Shown: piece after piece, positions 63,131 to 64,000 of the stretch
How the letters are laid out: each line of letters begins with the position of its first letter
How positions within the stretch are numbered: position 1 is the first letter of the stretch
Translations under genes and position numbers: made by a program
Notes under the pieces: model-generated
Databases searched by the model: none
Told to the model about the DNA's origin: nothing
What the model saw: only the letters and a program-made list of their open reading frames with translations
Origin: Stylophora pistillata
Taxonomy: Eukaryota
Direction of reading: 5' to 3'
Assembly: GCF_002571385.2 (NCBI RefSeq)
Contig: NW_019217807.1
Coordinates: 1,110,840 to 1,174,839, forward strand
DNA: 64,000 bases

Positions 63131-63148
63131 NNNNNNNNNNNNNNNNNN
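63131..63148. other. Assembly gap (18 N)
   Basis: Run of N between two copies of a repeat family. Confidence 0.99.
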
Positions 63149-64000
63149 CAGCTTATGATTCCCGTGAGTGATCAAGACAGAATTTTCTTTTCAATACAAT
63201 ATTAATCATACACGTGACGGGAATAGAAAAAAATATCACTAATTGAGGGGATTATTATGTGATCAAATACCAAGTTCCCCAAATTGAAATCATAAAAATT
63301 GTATGGTAGACAGTATAGAGAAATTAGTGATTTGATCTTGTCAGTGAAAGGATTAAAAAGGAAAATGCGCTTTCTGCTCGCCGACAGCTTCGCCGTTTGA
63401 GAACTGACTGAACTATTTCCAAACATGTTAAAATTGTTTTTGATCAGCATGCTGCAGACTTCCTGAGGAAAGGTTAATATTTGTCTGTCTTTATTCTAAC
63501 ACTATCTCGGCATGGCGTGTTTACCTAAACTTGAGCAATGACAATTCCATCCATTTTTTTTACAGAACCGTGGGCAACCAAGAATAATTGAGGTATTTTT
63601 AAAACTTCATGTCGAGCGCCTTTTGTCAATCAGATTAGTCGAATGATGTATCTTAAAAGAGAAAAAATTGTGGCGATTATACTCTGTGCATTTTATGATC
63701 AGTTCATGTTTGTTGACCTTTACAATGACGCCTTTCATAATATTCAGAAAAAAAGATTACTTTGCGGAGATTAAACATTTCGGTGGCTTTAAAGACTAAC
63801 CCTCATTGACCGCAATATCAAACCTCTCCAAAGGTCCGCACAGCATTACCAGAGAGTAATCAGGTCATTAACTCTGTTATGTCGCATAGTTAATGTTCAT
63901 TGAAATTATTAGATTAGTCGATAAACGATCGTTCGCTTCCTAACTAAAGGGTCCACTTAACATTTTTTGGTTAATTAGCGGAAATTTTGCTTGTGATTCC

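Noticed and set aside
63360-63560. First coding exon(s) of protease B beyond the gap (MELSLLKF with a donor near 63524)
   Set aside because: The phases could not be joined to the 62710 exon without a stop, so this is left unresolved.

Overview
AT-rich, intron-containing animal genomic DNA. The gene content and repeat families suggest a cnidarian, probably a stony coral (inference). From left to right the window holds: three paralogous aminergic-like class A GPCR genes (two intronless on +, one two-exon on -); a two-exon Crypton/DUF3504-type tyrosine-recombinase-derived gene that has lost its catalytic C-terminal residues; two tandem myosin regulatory light chain genes (-); ATP synthase subunit DAPIT/ATP5MK (+); MED28 (+); an SLC46-family MFS transporter (+); and a minus-strand trypsin-like serine protease locus with an Asp-rich exon, a TSP1 exon and two tandem catalytic-domain exon pairs. 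Intergenic DNA and introns carry many mobile-element relics: a Mutator-like element with a 9-bp TSD and a paralogous empty site, a Helentron/HINE-like element, two LINE 3' ends, a Penelope fragment with a minimal hammerhead motif, tRNA-derived SINEs, MITEs and long-hairpin elements. Exon models were built by hand from GT-AG sites and reading-frame continuity. No database searches were run.
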